DNA of 64,000 bases from Felis catus (lineage: Eukaryota): contig NC_058368.1 in assembly GCF_018350175.1 (NCBI RefSeq), forward strand, positions 25,980,001 to 26,044,000. Direction: 5' to 3'. The position numbers and the translations under genes were made by a program. Shown in pieces: positions 1 to 12,449 of the stretch. The first letter of the stretch is position 1; every line of letters starts with the position of its first letter. The notes below the pieces were generated by a model. The model made no database searches, was not told the origin of the DNA, and saw only the letters and a program-made list of their open reading frames with translations.

Positions 1-328
1 TTAAATAGGAAGGCAACCTTAAGTTGTAGTTACTGAATATTTTTGACTTAAAGAAAAGCTTATACAAATAAGTTTCAGTTCACTCTAAAATGAAGTTTTG
101 CAAGCTTTGAGGGATCTTTCCTCTGCTGTGCCATCCCTTGATGTTTTCGATCTTCTTACAGTGTGTCCCCCTCTACTCGGGTGGATGAGCTCCTTAAGGC
201 CACCCCTAGGGGGAGTGGGGGAGGTGGGGCACAGAAGGAAAGGCCCTTTTCCAGCGAGAAGATGTGTAAGCTGAGCTGAAAAAACATTAAGGAGGATTGT
301 TTTGAGATTTTTTTCAGGCCCCTAAATT

Positions 329-562
329 GTTTTTTGTTAAAAAAAATTTTTTTTTAATCTTTATTTATTTTTGAGAGAGTGAGAGAGAGACAGAGTGAGG
401 GCAGGGGAGGAACAGAGAGAGAGGGAGACACAGAATCCGAGGCAGGCTCCAGGTTCTGAGCCGTCAGCACAGAGCCCGACGTGGGGCTCGAACCCGCGAA
501 CCGTGAGATCATGACCTGAGCCGAAGTCAGACACTTAACTGACTGAGCCACCCAGGTGCCTC
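329..562 (-). mobile_element. Can-SINE (tRNA-derived carnivore SINE)
   Basis: Reverse-complement head, (GA)n block and T-rich tail; TSD caggcccctaaatt at 315-328 and 563-576. Confidence 0.95.
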
Positions 563-724
563 CAGGCCCCTAAATTTAAATTAGCTTTGTGGGAACTCTT
601 TGGGATTAACTCCCCCTCAAAACACCCCCTGAAATATATCCCTTCGTGGCTTCCCTTCTCTAGATGATATTTGAAAGATATGCAAGAGAATATGAACTCC
701 AGAGAAAATGTATTTTTTAAAACC

Positions 725-931
725 TTTTTTTTAAAGTTTATTTATTTTTAAGGGAGAGATAGAATGTGAGCTGGGGAGGGGCAGAGAGAGAGGGGGACAC
801 AGAATCCGAAGCAGGCTCCAGGCTCTGAGCCGTCAGCACAGAGCCCGATGCAGAGCTTGGGCTCACAAACTGTGAGATCATGACCTGAGCTGAGGTCAGA
901 CATTTAACCGACTGAGCCACCCCGGTGCCCC
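725..931 (-). mobile_element. Can-SINE
   Basis: Full body; TSD gagaaaatgtattttt(t)aaaacct on both sides. Confidence 0.95.
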
Positions 932-973
932 ATGGAGAAAATGTATTTTTAAAACCTATCTTCCTATGTCTTT

Positions 974-1177
974 AAAAAAAAAATTAATGTTTATTTATTT
1001 TTTGAGAGAGAAGTCCTGAGCAGGGGAGGGGCAGAGAGGGAGGGAACAGAGGATCCGAAGCAGGCTCCGTGCTGTCAGCAGTGAGCCCCCTGTGAGGCCC
1101 GAACTCACAAACCGTGAGATCATGACCTGAGCTGAATGAAGTTGGATGCTCAAGCCACCAAGCCACCTAGGTGCCCC
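974..1177 (-). mobile_element. Can-SINE
   Basis: Full body; TSD tcttccta(t/a)gtcttt. Confidence 0.93.
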
Positions 1178-1199
1178 TCTTCCTAAGTCTTTTGAATAG

Positions 1200-1638
1200 T
1201 ATACTGGGTTGAGTCGCAAATTCACCCACCCTCCCACCCCAATTCATGTCGGCTTGGAACCTCAGATTTGGAAATAGTCTTTGCAGGCGTAATTAGTTAT
1301 GATGAGATGACACTGGATGAAAGTGGATCCTACACCCAGTGAATGGTGTGCTTAAAAGAAGGGGGGACCCACAGAGACACAGTGGGAAGGGGGCCATGTG
1401 AAGAAGGGGGCAGAGGTTGGAGTGACACAGTACAAGCCAGGGAACACCAGGATTGCCCGGAGCCAGAGAAGTGGAGAAGAGGCAAGGAGGTATCTTGCCC
1501 TCGGGAGCTACAACAGCCACGGACACCTTGACTTTGGACGCGTAGCCTCCAGACCTCCCACAGAATGGATTGCTGTTGTTTTAAGCCCTGCCATTTGTGG
1601 TTAATTTGCGGTAATTGCAGCCCTAGGAAATGAATACA
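1200..1638 (+). mobile_element. ERVL-MaLR LTR (MLT1B/C-like)
   Basis: tttggaaatagtctttgcaggcgtaattag, ggccatgtgaaga, gacaccttgactttggac, 3' end gcagccctaggaaatgaataca. Confidence 0.85.
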
Positions 1639-2560
1639 AATGGTTATGTTATAATCGGGTTTAGTTTTTTTTGTTGACACGTGGGCTTGCTAGTTTCTGC
1701 TTCAGACTCCTTGCTTTTCAGAGCTGGCCATTAACTTGCAGCAGAAGGCTAACCTTCGGCCACATGCCTCACCAATCGGTTCTAAACGAGACCGCTTCAT
1801 TCCCGTGCCACCGAAACCACAGCCCGCAATCCTGGGCGACGTACAGGTCTCCCCTCGGAAGCCTGCACGTGGCAGAAACGCTTCCTTCAAAGCAAATTCC
1901 AAGAAGCGAGGCCTGGGTAGTCCTCTGGGGTGGGCGTTGGTGGGTCATGGCTCCCGGTGTCCTAACTAAAGGAGAGGATGCGGCGACTCTAAATTAAAGG
2001 GGAAAAGGGGAGGCTTCTGGTCAGATCCCAGAGAGGAATAGTGGGGAGGTGAGTCAATGGTTGGTGGATGTGGGAATGGGAGGGAGAAGCAAAGTGGGGG
2101 GGGGGCGGGCAGAAGGCTGGAATATCAGGGGATGGGGAATGGGAGTGGGGGGAGAGAAAGAGAAGGACAGCTGAATCCTTTCAAGAGGGGAGGAAAATGG
2201 TCTTAATTTACCATAGGCGAAAACAAAAAAGGAAGATTACACAACAGTTTTAATGACAGGGTTTCTGTCACTCACCCTGATAGTAGTAATTATGTTTATT
2301 ATGCGGATTTGGTGGTGAAGGTGCTGTCCTGCTCAGCCCGTGCTGCCGAGGGGATCAATGGAGGCGGTTGATAGCATCCACCAAATAAAGCCTGGGAGGT
2401 CTGGACACCCTCAGTTATAATTCTGCAAGCACACAGTTGCTTAGGAAATCAGCACTTCAAATTAACTAAAGCAGGTAGACATATTCTCCTCCTTTATTCT
2501 GTATCCTTACTATGTCCTGTGTTTATTTCTCTGCTGTTGGAGGGGATAGACACTTGCCTA

Positions 2561-2630
2561 AAAGAAATAATTTGCACACATGTCTTTAGAAGAGAAATAA
2601 TTTGCACACATGTCTTTAGAAGAGAAATAA
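2561..2630. repeat. 30-bp tandem duplication (~2.3 copies)
   Basis: agaaataatttgcacacatgtctttagaag repeated head-to-tail. Confidence 0.95.
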
Positions 2631-2855
2631 GTGACTATATTGCTTGTCTAGAAAACAACTCAGAAATTCACCTCACCTTTAGGTGAGGAATGAGGGGAGG
2701 TGTGGGGAGTGTTGGGTGGGAGCAAACTGTTCCCCCGGCAGCCAGAGAGCAAACATTGCCTGCTGTTGGCTTTGGATAATTTTACCTCATTCAGAAACAC
2801 CTATTCAGCAACCGTTGTATGACAGGCACTGGTATAGGCTCTTTGGATAGAGAAA

Positions 2856-3091
2856 TTTTTTTTTTTTAATTTTTTGGTAATGTTTATTTTAAGAGAGAGA
2901 GAGAGTGAGAGCACACGCGCACCCAAGTGGGGGAGGTGCAGAGAGACAGAGAGAGAGAGAGACAGAATCTGAAGCAGGCTCCAGGCTCTGAGCTGTCAGC
3001 ACAGAGCCTGAAGCAGGGTTCAAACCCATGAAGTCTGAGATCACGACCTGAGCTGAAGTTGGACACGTAACCAACGGAGCACCCAGGCTCC
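2856..3091 (-). mobile_element. Can-SINE
   Basis: T-rich tail, (GA)n, gacagaatctgaagcaggctccagg core, degenerate head. Confidence 0.93.
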
Positions 3092-4814
3092 TGGAAATGG
3101 TTTTTAAAAAGGGTTTGAGTGTTTAGTAGAAAGATTGATGATTAAATCATTAATTCATTCATAAAACAGTTATCGACTCCCTTCCATGTGCCCCAGAGAC
3201 TGTTCTGGCACTTGCGATACAAGGATAAACTGAGCACATGAAGGCTTGAAATCAAAGACGTATGTGTTGAGTGGATGAAGGAAGCCCCCTTTGGGCCTGG
3301 GGGAGTCAGGGAAGCTTCCCAGCATATCTGTCAAAGCTTGGAAGGTGCCGAGGAATGCCTGCTGGCTGTTCTTTTAACTGAGACTTTAAAGTTGTTGCAA
3401 AGTTTATATGTGATAATCATCACCATTGCCCTTCCTAAAAACTGGAAAGTGACCTGGCAGAGAAAACCTAGCATCTCAACAAAGGATGTTTTAGGATGAG
3501 GCTTTTTGTTATTCATCTACTCACTCTGTACAGACTTATCCACCCTCCAAGCGTTAACTCCCTGGTGGCTGATGACCCTAAAATGCTCAGTGATCTCGAG
3601 TTCCAGGTTCTCCACCTCCCAGCCTGGGTGACTGGCCTGGTGTCTTCCAGATACCTTGTCAGCCCGGGGCCGTTCCTCTCCCTGCTTTCCTCTGGCGAAA
3701 TCATTCTCTGAACTGTCTCCTCGCAGCCACTGCTTGGGACTGACTTTCCCTGTGCATATGACCAGGGCCTGTGGATTTGTCCAGGACTCCAGGGGCCAGG
3801 GAGGGCCTGGGTAATTTCCCAACACCCTCTGGGTCTTCTCCCTCCAGGTGGGGCTCACAGTCCGGGGCCCACAGCACAACAGAAAGAGGAAGACGCTCCT
3901 TTCTCTGATTACTCCCTGGAGGGTTTCTTGAACCGCCCCCCCTACCACCTTTACTCCGGAAAGTAGGTGGGTTCCCTCCAGCTCTGGTGGGTTTCAACTT
4001 CTTGGACTGTGAAGGATCCATTGGAGACTCCCTCTAAGGACTCAGAACGGAAGAATCATTTTGCCAGTAGCTGTGCTAGGGCCTAGGAGTGCCAGGGACA
4101 GGTAGCAAGGGGTGTGTGTTTGTGTGTGTGCCCACTTTACAAACTCCTCCCCTGCTTCCAGAGGTCGTGGGCTCCTGGCAGGGGTGGGGGGGGGGTCCGA
4201 CTACTCTGTCATCTCTGTAGGGTTCCTGCTCCTGCTGCGAGGCTCCCCTTTTTGACAGCAGGGTTGGTATTTTCTCTGTAGCCAGCAGGCTGCGAGACGA
4301 GATGTGTGCCCTGGTGGTGTGGGAGGCACAGAGTTTGCCTCCTGCTCCTGCTAAATGAATCATGTTAACCTAATACTCAGAGGCAGGCTCCTTCTGCACC
4401 GTGGCTACACCCAAAACCGGGTGAGGAAGGCCTCCTGAGCCAGGCGCTCAGTTACACAGTTCCTTGGTGGGGTCTCACTCCGGGTCCTACCTCGTGCCTC
4501 CTGTACCCATGCTGTCACCCCTGAAATGTAGACATCCGAGGGCCATCACTAATTCACTAGGTGTCCTCCTTCAGCCTGGGCATGCATTTTTAATTAACTT
4601 TTATATCAAGACTCAGGTGACACGGCCCTACCCCCTTCTCTGTCCTCTTGGAACATAGCTAAAGTCAGCTGTGAGCTGTTATTCCACACAGAGGAGCTCT
4701 TGCCAGTGTCGTCCCTGCAAAGCGGCAGTTGCTACTTATTTGCAGACTATTTTAAATATTTCATGGAATTAATTTCAGACTTAGTGTCTTCATCAGATTG
4801 CTAGGAGGGTACTT

Positions 4815-4975
4815 GTAGATTAATACGTCCAGGCCTCCTATTTTATAGTTGAAAAAAAAAGTGAGACTCAGAGACGTTAAATCATTTTCCCAAGGTCACA
4901 CAGCAAGTTTGTGGGAGGGCCCACATGAAAGCCTAGGTCTTCTGAGTCCCAAGCCTAAGCCCCTTCATTATACTA
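4815..4975 (-). mobile_element. MIR SINE fragment
   Basis: MIR core gagactcagagacgttaaatcattttcccaaggtcacacagc. Confidence 0.75.
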
Positions 4976-6198
4976 CGAATTCTCTAAGATGATAAATTTA
5001 AATCCAGGCAGTGGCCTGAACCCCCCCAACCCCGAATTCCAAACGAAATCATGAAACAAAATCTTGGAAGTGACCCAGTCTTCAAGAGAAAGAGGGAAGT
5101 ATGGTCATTCACAGAGGATGAGCAAAAGGCATTACTGTTATTTGGTTCTTTGTTGTTTGAGGTCCACAGCGATAAAGGCATTAAACTCTCGAAGCAGAAA
5201 CCAAAAAGTGCCAGGAGAAAAAAAAAGAAAATCTAAAATAAGACCTCAAAGAAAATAGAAACTGGCATATAAATCGTAAGTTATGGTAGGTTGCATGCAA
5301 AGAGCCATCTGAAGTGGAAACAGGCTGCAGGGCGCATCAGAAAAGGCGAGGACTCTGGTCTGATAGCCAAGGTTCCGAATCTCGGTTCGAGCGTTTACTA
5401 AGGGTGGTTTGGGGGCAGTTCATTTCTCAGAGCTTCGGTTTCCCCCTTCGTAAAAGGAAGCTGACATCTGTGGCAGAGCGGTGATGTGAGGAAGGGCCGG
5501 CAGGCTCCCGGTGGCGCCTCGTCTGCAGCTGGCGCTCAGTAAATGGTAAAATGTGTGACTGCCTGTACCTTGAATTGCAGGGGAGACCCTGGCAGGCTGA
5601 CGCCAGCCCCAGCCCCCAGCAAAGGGCTGAAGGGGCGGGCCGCCTGGACCAGGGGACTCGGGTTTGTTCCTGGTGAGGATTTAGAATGCTTCCTCTCTGT
5701 TCTTGTGCCTTGTAATAGGGTGGTTTTTCCCTGGGGGGGACGGTTCTGCCCTGAAGGGGCATTTGGCAAGCAGACAGCGTTTATCCTCTTAGACATTCAG
5801 GTCTGACTTGTGGATGCAAAGCTAAGCTTCACAGAAGATGGGAGGAAGTTCTGATTTAGGGGGGCTTCTTTATTTGGTTTGTATTGTGTGATGATGTTTT
5901 TCTTCAACCTCTTTAGCAACCCCTAGGGCCCTAGGCCAGATGTCAATTCAACCCTTTGACAGACATCTCTTGTTTCCTTTCGTCCTTCCTCTGGTGGTCG
6001 TATCCTGATTTTCTCTGAGAAAACTGCCCTGCTGCACTCACTGTCCCTGTGGGGAAGCAGATACGGGAATGTGACCATTGTACCACAGGCCCACAGTGGC
6101 TGGTCAGCAAGGGACACGGGCCAATTAGTGCCAGAGCTTCTATAAACTGTGGGGGAGAGGCTCTCATTTTTCTCTGGGTACACTGAGGAGAGAGGATA

Positions 6199-6780
6199 TG
6201 ATAGGAAAAGACAGGATTCAGTAGGCAGAGAGGGAAACGTTAGGACCCGAGGTCGCTGGGTGGGGAAAAACATATATTTTGGAACAATGCTGGGAATATC
6301 TGACTATGGCAAACTCCCTCAGGCTTAAGGTTCCTTTTAAGAATGTAACGGACCCCACCTACTCCCCCTCAAGTTTCTCTCAGGAATTTAACTAAAAAGA
6401 AGTAGCAGCCCATGAAATGTATGACCCACAAGGAACGTATGGCCATAGACCGCCCCCCATACAATAGAAATGAGCCGATCAACAAGGAACGACTAGACAT
6501 TTAGAGTTACCTACCCAATGAGGGTAGAACCTGAGAAGAAACAGGGGAGAAGGACAGGGGGCTGACCCAAACCCTATAAAACATTGTCCCTTGCCTATAG
6601 TCCGCGGGCACTCACTTTTGGATGCCCCCTCTCTGTAAAGGGTTTTTGTACTATTCTTACTTTCTGATCTGATACTCTAATAAACTTTTGCCTGCTGCTC
6701 ATTTTATTTTGTGTCCACCTCTTCGTTCTTTGCGCGGTGAGACAACGAACGCCAGGTCTGAGGTAAAAAAGCCTGCAACA
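6199..6780 (+). mobile_element. Endogenous retrovirus solo LTR (582 bp)
   Basis: TG...CA termini, 5-bp TSD GGATA (6194-6198, 6781-6785), CCAAT 6515, TATAAAA 6575, AATAAA 6679 in LTR order. Confidence 0.85.
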
Positions 6781-7179
6781 GGATACAGGCCTCAGGATGC
6801 AGAAGGTATCTCGTGCACAGGGAGGCGTGTGGGGATGATGGGCCTTCCAGGGAAAGCAGAACAGAGAAAAGAGTGCGCCCCGGTGACACGTTTCAGGCCT
6901 CAAACCCCAACATGTCTGTCCTTTTTACTTACTTGAGCCAATAACTCTCCTCCTTTTTAAAAAGCATAACATAGTTTTAATTATGTTTCGGTCATTTGTC
7001 ACTGAGAGTCCCGGTGAAGACAAACCAGGAGGTTGGATATAATGAGCTGGGAGGAAGCACGCGCCCTCTGAGAGCACTGTTCAAACTGAGGAGTTTCTAC
7101 AGAACCATATTGCTGTAGAAGCATTTTTCCTCTGGGAGGACGCTTTGCAGCTTTTATTATTATTATTATTATTTTAACT

Positions 7180-7835
7180 TATTTTTTTGCCTGCCCAACA
7201 TCTGAACCTCTTTCCAAAGGAGTCGTAGTGGGCCTAGAATTGCTGGAAAAGCCAGATATATACCCCCGAAGGCAAGGCTTTGGGTACTTCATCTAGGTGT
7301 GGCCAATTAGATCGTCTGGCTTGGATTTAGAATCTGGAAGGAGTCACCCGGATGGCTCCGTCAGTTAAGCGTCGGACTCTCTCGGTTTCAGCTCAAGTCG
7401 TAATCTCAGTTTGTGAGTTCGAGCCCAACATCGGGCTTTGCACTGACAGCACAGGGCCTGCCTGGGACTCTCTCCCTCCCTCCCTCTCTCTCTGCCCCTC
7501 CCCTGCTCGCTCACACTTTCTCTCTCTCTCTCAAAAGGAATAGGGGATGGTGGGGGAGTTTGTTCTGGCAGCAACAACAGTGGATTCCAGGGCAGCAGTG
7601 GCCATGGCGACCCCAGTGGGGTCCAGTCCCCAGTGTCATTTCTGGTGTCCAGTCAGTGTCCAGCAGTGGCCACAGGAGTGTGTCTCCGAGTTGCCCGAGG
7701 GCCCTTTTCCCTGCCTGTTTCCCCCAGGCAGCCTCTCCGGCCTTCCCTTGATTATGTAAACTACTCACTATTCTCTTAATAGATTATTTCCTGCTTCAAC
7801 TGGTCAGTCACTTCCTGTTGCCAGAACCATGAAAA
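7180..7835 (+). mobile_element. Ancient ERVL-type LTR (LTR33/LTR16-like) interrupted by a SINE
   Basis: 3' end resembles ERVL LTR polyA/terminus (taatagattatttcctgcttcaactggtcagtcacttcctgttgcc); boundaries approximate. Confidence 0.5.
7340..7536 (+). mobile_element. Can-SINE
   Basis: tggctccgtcagttaagcgtc, gagttcgagccc B-box, (CT)n, short A tail. Confidence 0.9.
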
Positions 7836-7864
7836 GGCCTCCTGAGAGAGGTCCCATCTGCTAC

Positions 7865-8295
7865 TTGCATCAGCAGATATTGCTGTGTGACAGTATAACT
7901 CAGTGGCTTGAAACAATGGGTATTATTGTTCAGCGATTTGGTGGATTGAAGAGGACAGAATTTCATTTCTGTCTCAGATAATAGTATGAGGTAGGTGTCC
8001 CAGATTGGCATGTGGGTCTGCTCCATACATTCACTTCTTCTCCATTTCTTCCATTGCATGTCTCCTCCCTCTCCTAGGGTGTTGTCCTTGTCCGCATAGG
8101 TGACGTTTCCTTCACTCCATGCCAACACGCAGCCATCAAGAAAGGGAAAGTGTGCCCAGGAGGCACAGCCGTGGTCTTGGGGCTCAGGCCAGAATGGTAT
8201 GGGTCCGCTTCTCACAATCCACTGCTAACTGCAAGTTGGGCTAAGGAATGTGGAGGGAAAGTGGAAGCCGAGGGACAATTAGCCTTCTCTTCCAT
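7865..8295 (-). mobile_element. ERVL-MaLR LTR (old MLT1-like)
   Basis: attgctgtgtgac...aactcagtggcttgaaacaa reverse-complement MLT1 3' end. Confidence 0.55.
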
Positions 8296-8404
8296 AATAT
8301 CATGATTTTGAAAGAATGAATCACATAGTGGATCTTGGAAGCACAGGGGTAGGTAGGCGGAGTTTTTTTGTTTTTTTTGATGATGATGATAAAGGCAAAT
8401 TCAA

Positions 8405-8577
8405 CTTTTTTTTTTATTAATGTTTATTTTTGAGAGAGTGCGGAGAGAGGGGCAGAGAGAAGCAGGCTCTCCGCTGACAGCAGAGAGCCTGAGGCGGGGC
8501 TCGAACTCAAGAACTGTGCAAAATCATGACCTGAGCCTAAGCCAGATGGTCAACCGACTGAGCCATCCAGGCGCCCC
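8405..8577 (-). mobile_element. Can-SINE
   Basis: TSD gatgat(a/g)aaggcaaattca. Confidence 0.93.
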
Positions 8578-8649
8578 GATGATGAAGGCAAATTCAGTCT
8601 TTCAAAAAAAAAATTGCGGTGGTACATATTTTGATCTAGATAAAGGGAA

Positions 8650-8845
8650 CAAGCCAGCAGTAGGGAGACTCGGCCCTGTGTTTAGGTTCTGGCATATTCT
8701 AACTTTCCAATCTTTGTGAGTTTCTTTATTTGTAAGATGGGTATTGTGATGACTGCCCTGTGAGATTATTGCAAGGATTCAGTGAGGGAAGTTAGCACCC
8801 AGATCTGTCCCTGGCATACACTGGGTGCTTGGTAATGACTGAGGT
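8650..8845 (+). mobile_element. MIR fragment
   Basis: gagtttctttatttgtaagatggg...attattgcaaggattcagtgag...cctggcatac. Confidence 0.6.
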
Positions 8846-9061
8846 TACCTTAGAGGCCAGTGTGCTAGAGTGTGAATGAGAAACGAATAGTTTATTCTTC
8901 TGCTACTTACCAGCTCTGGGAGTTTGGGAAACAGTCCCTTAACTTCTCCAGGTCTTGGGACGTTTGTCTGTGAAAGGGACGACCCCTTTTTATCTGACGT
9001 TTGTGGTTTCTTTGAGAACAAGGCTATGCAATTTGTCCGTATCGTATTTCATATTTTGAAT

Positions 9062-9273
9062 TTTTTTTTTCAACGTTTATTTATTTTTGGGACAGAGAGA
9101 GACAGAGCATGAACGGGGGAGGGGCAGAGAGAGAGGGAGACACAGAATCGGAAACAGGCTCCGGGCTCCGAGCCATCAGCCCAGAGCCCGACGTGGGGCT
9201 CGAACTCACGGACCGCGAGATCGTGACCTGGCTGAAGTCGGACGCTTAACCGACTGCGCCACCCAGGCGCCCC
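9062..9273 (-). mobile_element. Can-SINE, youngest cat-type subfamily
   Basis: CpG-intact body; perfect 20-bp TSD tcgtatttcatattttgaat (9042-9061, 9274-9293). Confidence 0.97.
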
Positions 9274-9999
9274 TCGTATTTCATATTTTGAATATCTCAT
9301 TGCCTCTTCCAGCTCTCTTGGAGGAAGGGCCAGCGTTGCCACTCACCGTCCGTAACAACGTAGGCAATTTAGTTAAGCTTTCTAACTGCTTTTCCGTTGT
9401 GGTGAATTGTGCATAATTTCTCTTTTGAACGATTGTTGCATAGGTTAATTGGGGTCACATACGTGACAGGGGATTCACCAAGAGCCTCCAGAGATGTTAG
9501 GCGTTATTGTTTTTATTAAATGTGAGGATCAAGTGGCTGCTGTGTTTTGTGTCTTCTTTAAGAACAAATTTTCCAGAAACACTGATACGGAAACAGGATC
9601 TTGCCTCTCCGCTGCTTATTCCTCAAGTAGTTATAATCCTTTGTTTGTGACACCACAGTCAGTTGCCACTGGAGAGGATTCTAACGTTGTGAATAGAAGA
9701 TTAGGTCTTGGAGTGACAGCCTGTTAAAGACGGTAGTCTGAAGGTCTTGTAAAAAGAGTCTGGAGAAACTTCTAGTCTCCGGTCTTCACAAATGTTATGC
9801 CATAGTGAATGTTGTGTAGCAACAGTGGCGTATATGGTATGGAAATGAAAGGTATTCCACGCAGTGCTGTGATGAGTCCTCAACTTGTGCTTCTGTTTGG
9901 GTATTAGTCCCTCTGCGGCATTATTCAAATCCCATGTGACAGGAATAGCTTAGGGCAAAGTACTCTAGGTTTATAGATAAAACTCAGTCTGAGAGGAAA

Positions 10000-10195
10000 A
10001 CGTGTGTAGTTCAAGGACGAAAGGCCTGAGACCCTGGGAACTGGGGTCTAATCTCAGCTCTGCCATTAACTAGCTGTGTCCTTGGACAAGTTTTGGAAAT
10101 AGTCTCTGTGTTTGTTCCGTTGCTGGTAAGACAGAGGCGGGACTAGACTCAGGCCATCACCCGATGATCTCCTATATCCCTCTGGTTCTGAATTC
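10000..10195 (+). mobile_element. MIR fragment
   Basis: tctaatctcagctctgccattaactagctgtgtccttggacaagtt. Confidence 0.7.
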
Positions 10196-10849
10196 TGTGT
10201 TGCTAGGGCTGACTTTTCAGATCCCAGCCGACCTGGTTTGTTTGGGGCTTGGTTAGGCTAAGTGTCCTGCTTACTAACCTTGGAAACCTTTATTCCAACA
10301 CTGGCATAAAAACAGCCCTGTGAGAACATGTTGTGCAAAGGAACGACAGGGATCAGGGAGAAGAAAACAAATTGTTTTTCCCTACAGGCAGTACATTTGT
10401 GCTCAGAGGTCAGACATGAATGCTTAGCCTCTGGAACAGGGGAGAAAATTCAGTTCAACGCGTGTTGAGTGAGTGACTTAACATGTTAGAGACATAATGC
10501 AGATCTGATGACAAGGAACCCAAGGTCCTGTCCAGCCCCTGTTCTCGAGCAGTTTGATCAGGGAGACCAGGCAGGGCCGCGTGTGCACGCCTGCACACAG
10601 AAGCACACACACTCACACTCATAATAGTGAACAGGCACGATACTTCCACAGGCACTGACTGAGTATAATGCAGGACACCAGCCAGGCCACTCAGGGCCAC
10701 CAAGGTAAAAAATGTCCCCATCCTCAAGAGATGTAGGTAAGGCGAGTACCTAGAAGATGGTCTTAGAAAAAGGCAGAGAGAGGAGAGCCAGAGATGATAA
10801 TAATAAAACATATTTACATAGTGCTTTACTAAGTCCTTTTGCGCACAGT

Positions 10850-11560
10850 CCACATTCTCTCTCCTGGGTGGCGTTTACACCATCCCTTCTGGTTTTTCTC
10901 ACATTTCTCTGGCCACCTTCTCAGTTTCCTTTGTGCGACCTTTTCCATGGCTTGCCCAAGACAATGTTCCTGGGTGACTTCCTGCACAGCCATGACCTCA
11001 GCCATCACTTATCTGCCGATGGTTTTTGCTAGAATGTCAGCTCCACGAGGACAGAAATCTTGCCTATTTTTCATATCGAGTTAGCCCCAGTAATTGACAC
11101 AGTGCCTTGTCCATCATAAATCTTAAAAAATGTTTCTCGTAAACTAAATTTGCATCTGTAGTTCAGAGCCAGTCCTCATTTGTTATCGTAGAAAACCAAC
11201 TGTCCATTTGCATCTCTACTTGCAAACTCATGGTACCTTACACTCAAAATGTCTGAAAAGAACTGCTTACCTCCAAGTAAACCCCATAAAACTCATACTT
11301 CATTGAGATAGCCCTATCTCAGTGAGTTGTACTTCTGTCTGCCCCAATCATCCAAGCCAGAAACCCAAGAACCTTTTTGGACTTGTGCTATATCCTACTC
11401 TTTCCTTTAGTCTTCACATTTAGTCAGTCAACAAACCCTAATGAATCCATCTGCTCATGTCCCTTCTCACCTTCACCTGGGTTATTTCTACAGTATCTCA
11501 GCTGGTCTCCCCTCCTTCCCGTAAGTGTTCCTGGTCTTCCAGCGTGAGCGGTGAGTTCCA
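10850..11560 (+). mobile_element. L2 LINE fragments
   Basis: ctgggtgacttcctgcacagccatg, caagccagaaacccaaga, tagtcagtcaacaaaccc; boundaries approximate. Confidence 0.55.
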
Positions 11561-11642
11561 ATCTCATCCTTATTTTAACTAAAATTTTTTCTATTGTTGT
11601 TTTCTCTTGGTCTTAATTTCCTCTCATTTTAAAGACATTTTT

Positions 11643-11857
11643 TGGGGGGTGCCTGGGTGGCTCAGTCGATTAAGTATCCAACACCAGCCCAGGTTATGAT
11701 CTCGTGGTTCATGAGTTTGAGCCCCGGGTCAGGCTCTGTGCTGACAACTCAGAGCCTGGAGCCTGCTTTGGCTTCTGTGTCCTCTTCTTTCTCTGCCCCT
11801 CTCCTCATATTCTGTCTCTCAAAAATAAATAAGTGTTAAAGAAATTTAAAAATTAAA
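11643..11857 (+). mobile_element. Can-SINE
   Basis: ggggtgcctgggtggctcagtc head; TSD taaagacatttt. Confidence 0.95.
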
Positions 11858-12079
11858 TAAAAGACATTTTTTTCTTGCTGCATGGTATGTATGTATTTTT
11901 AGAAGAAGCCTAAAATATCACCAAAGTGGTAAATAATATATACACACTATGTTAATTTGAAATCTTTTGATTCCAAGTGAAAGAAAACTCAAACCAACTT
12001 AAACAAAAAAGGAGGACATTTTTGGTTCATGCAGTTGGGCAGCAGGAGAATGATTTTGGCTTCGAACATAGCCAAATAT

Positions 12080-12285
12080 AGTCAGTTGAGCATCCGACTT
12101 TGGCTCAGGTCAGGATCTCATGGTTCACAAGTTCAAGCCCTGCATTGGGCTGTGTGCTGACAGTTCAGAGCTGGGAGCCTGCTTCGGCTTCTGTGTCTCC
12201 CTCTCTCTCTCTGTACCACCCCCTGGCTCGCTTGTGCTCTCTCTCAAAAATAAAGAAATATTTAAACAAAACAAAACAAACAAAA
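12080..12285 (+). mobile_element. Can-SINE (5'-truncated)
   Basis: Starts at agtcagttgagcatccgac; TSD aacatagccaaa. Confidence 0.92.
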
Positions 12286-12449
12286 AACATAGCCAAAAAA
12301 TAGAGCACAAACACCGTCAACGTGGCTCTCTCTGGTTCATCACCTTTTGGCCCTGATTTCCTCTGTCAGATCAGCAATCTCACCTTTATGAGTGATCTTT
12401 ACTAGTGATGTCAAAAATATAATCAAACCGCATAAGTAGATTGCATTTT

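Noticed and set aside
5495..5520. Weak CTCF-like ctcccggtggcgc in a GC-rich patch
   Set aside because: Several mismatches in the 5' half of the core motif
7095..7120. Inverted repeat ttctacag...ctgtagaa
   Set aside because: 8-bp stem with no supporting context
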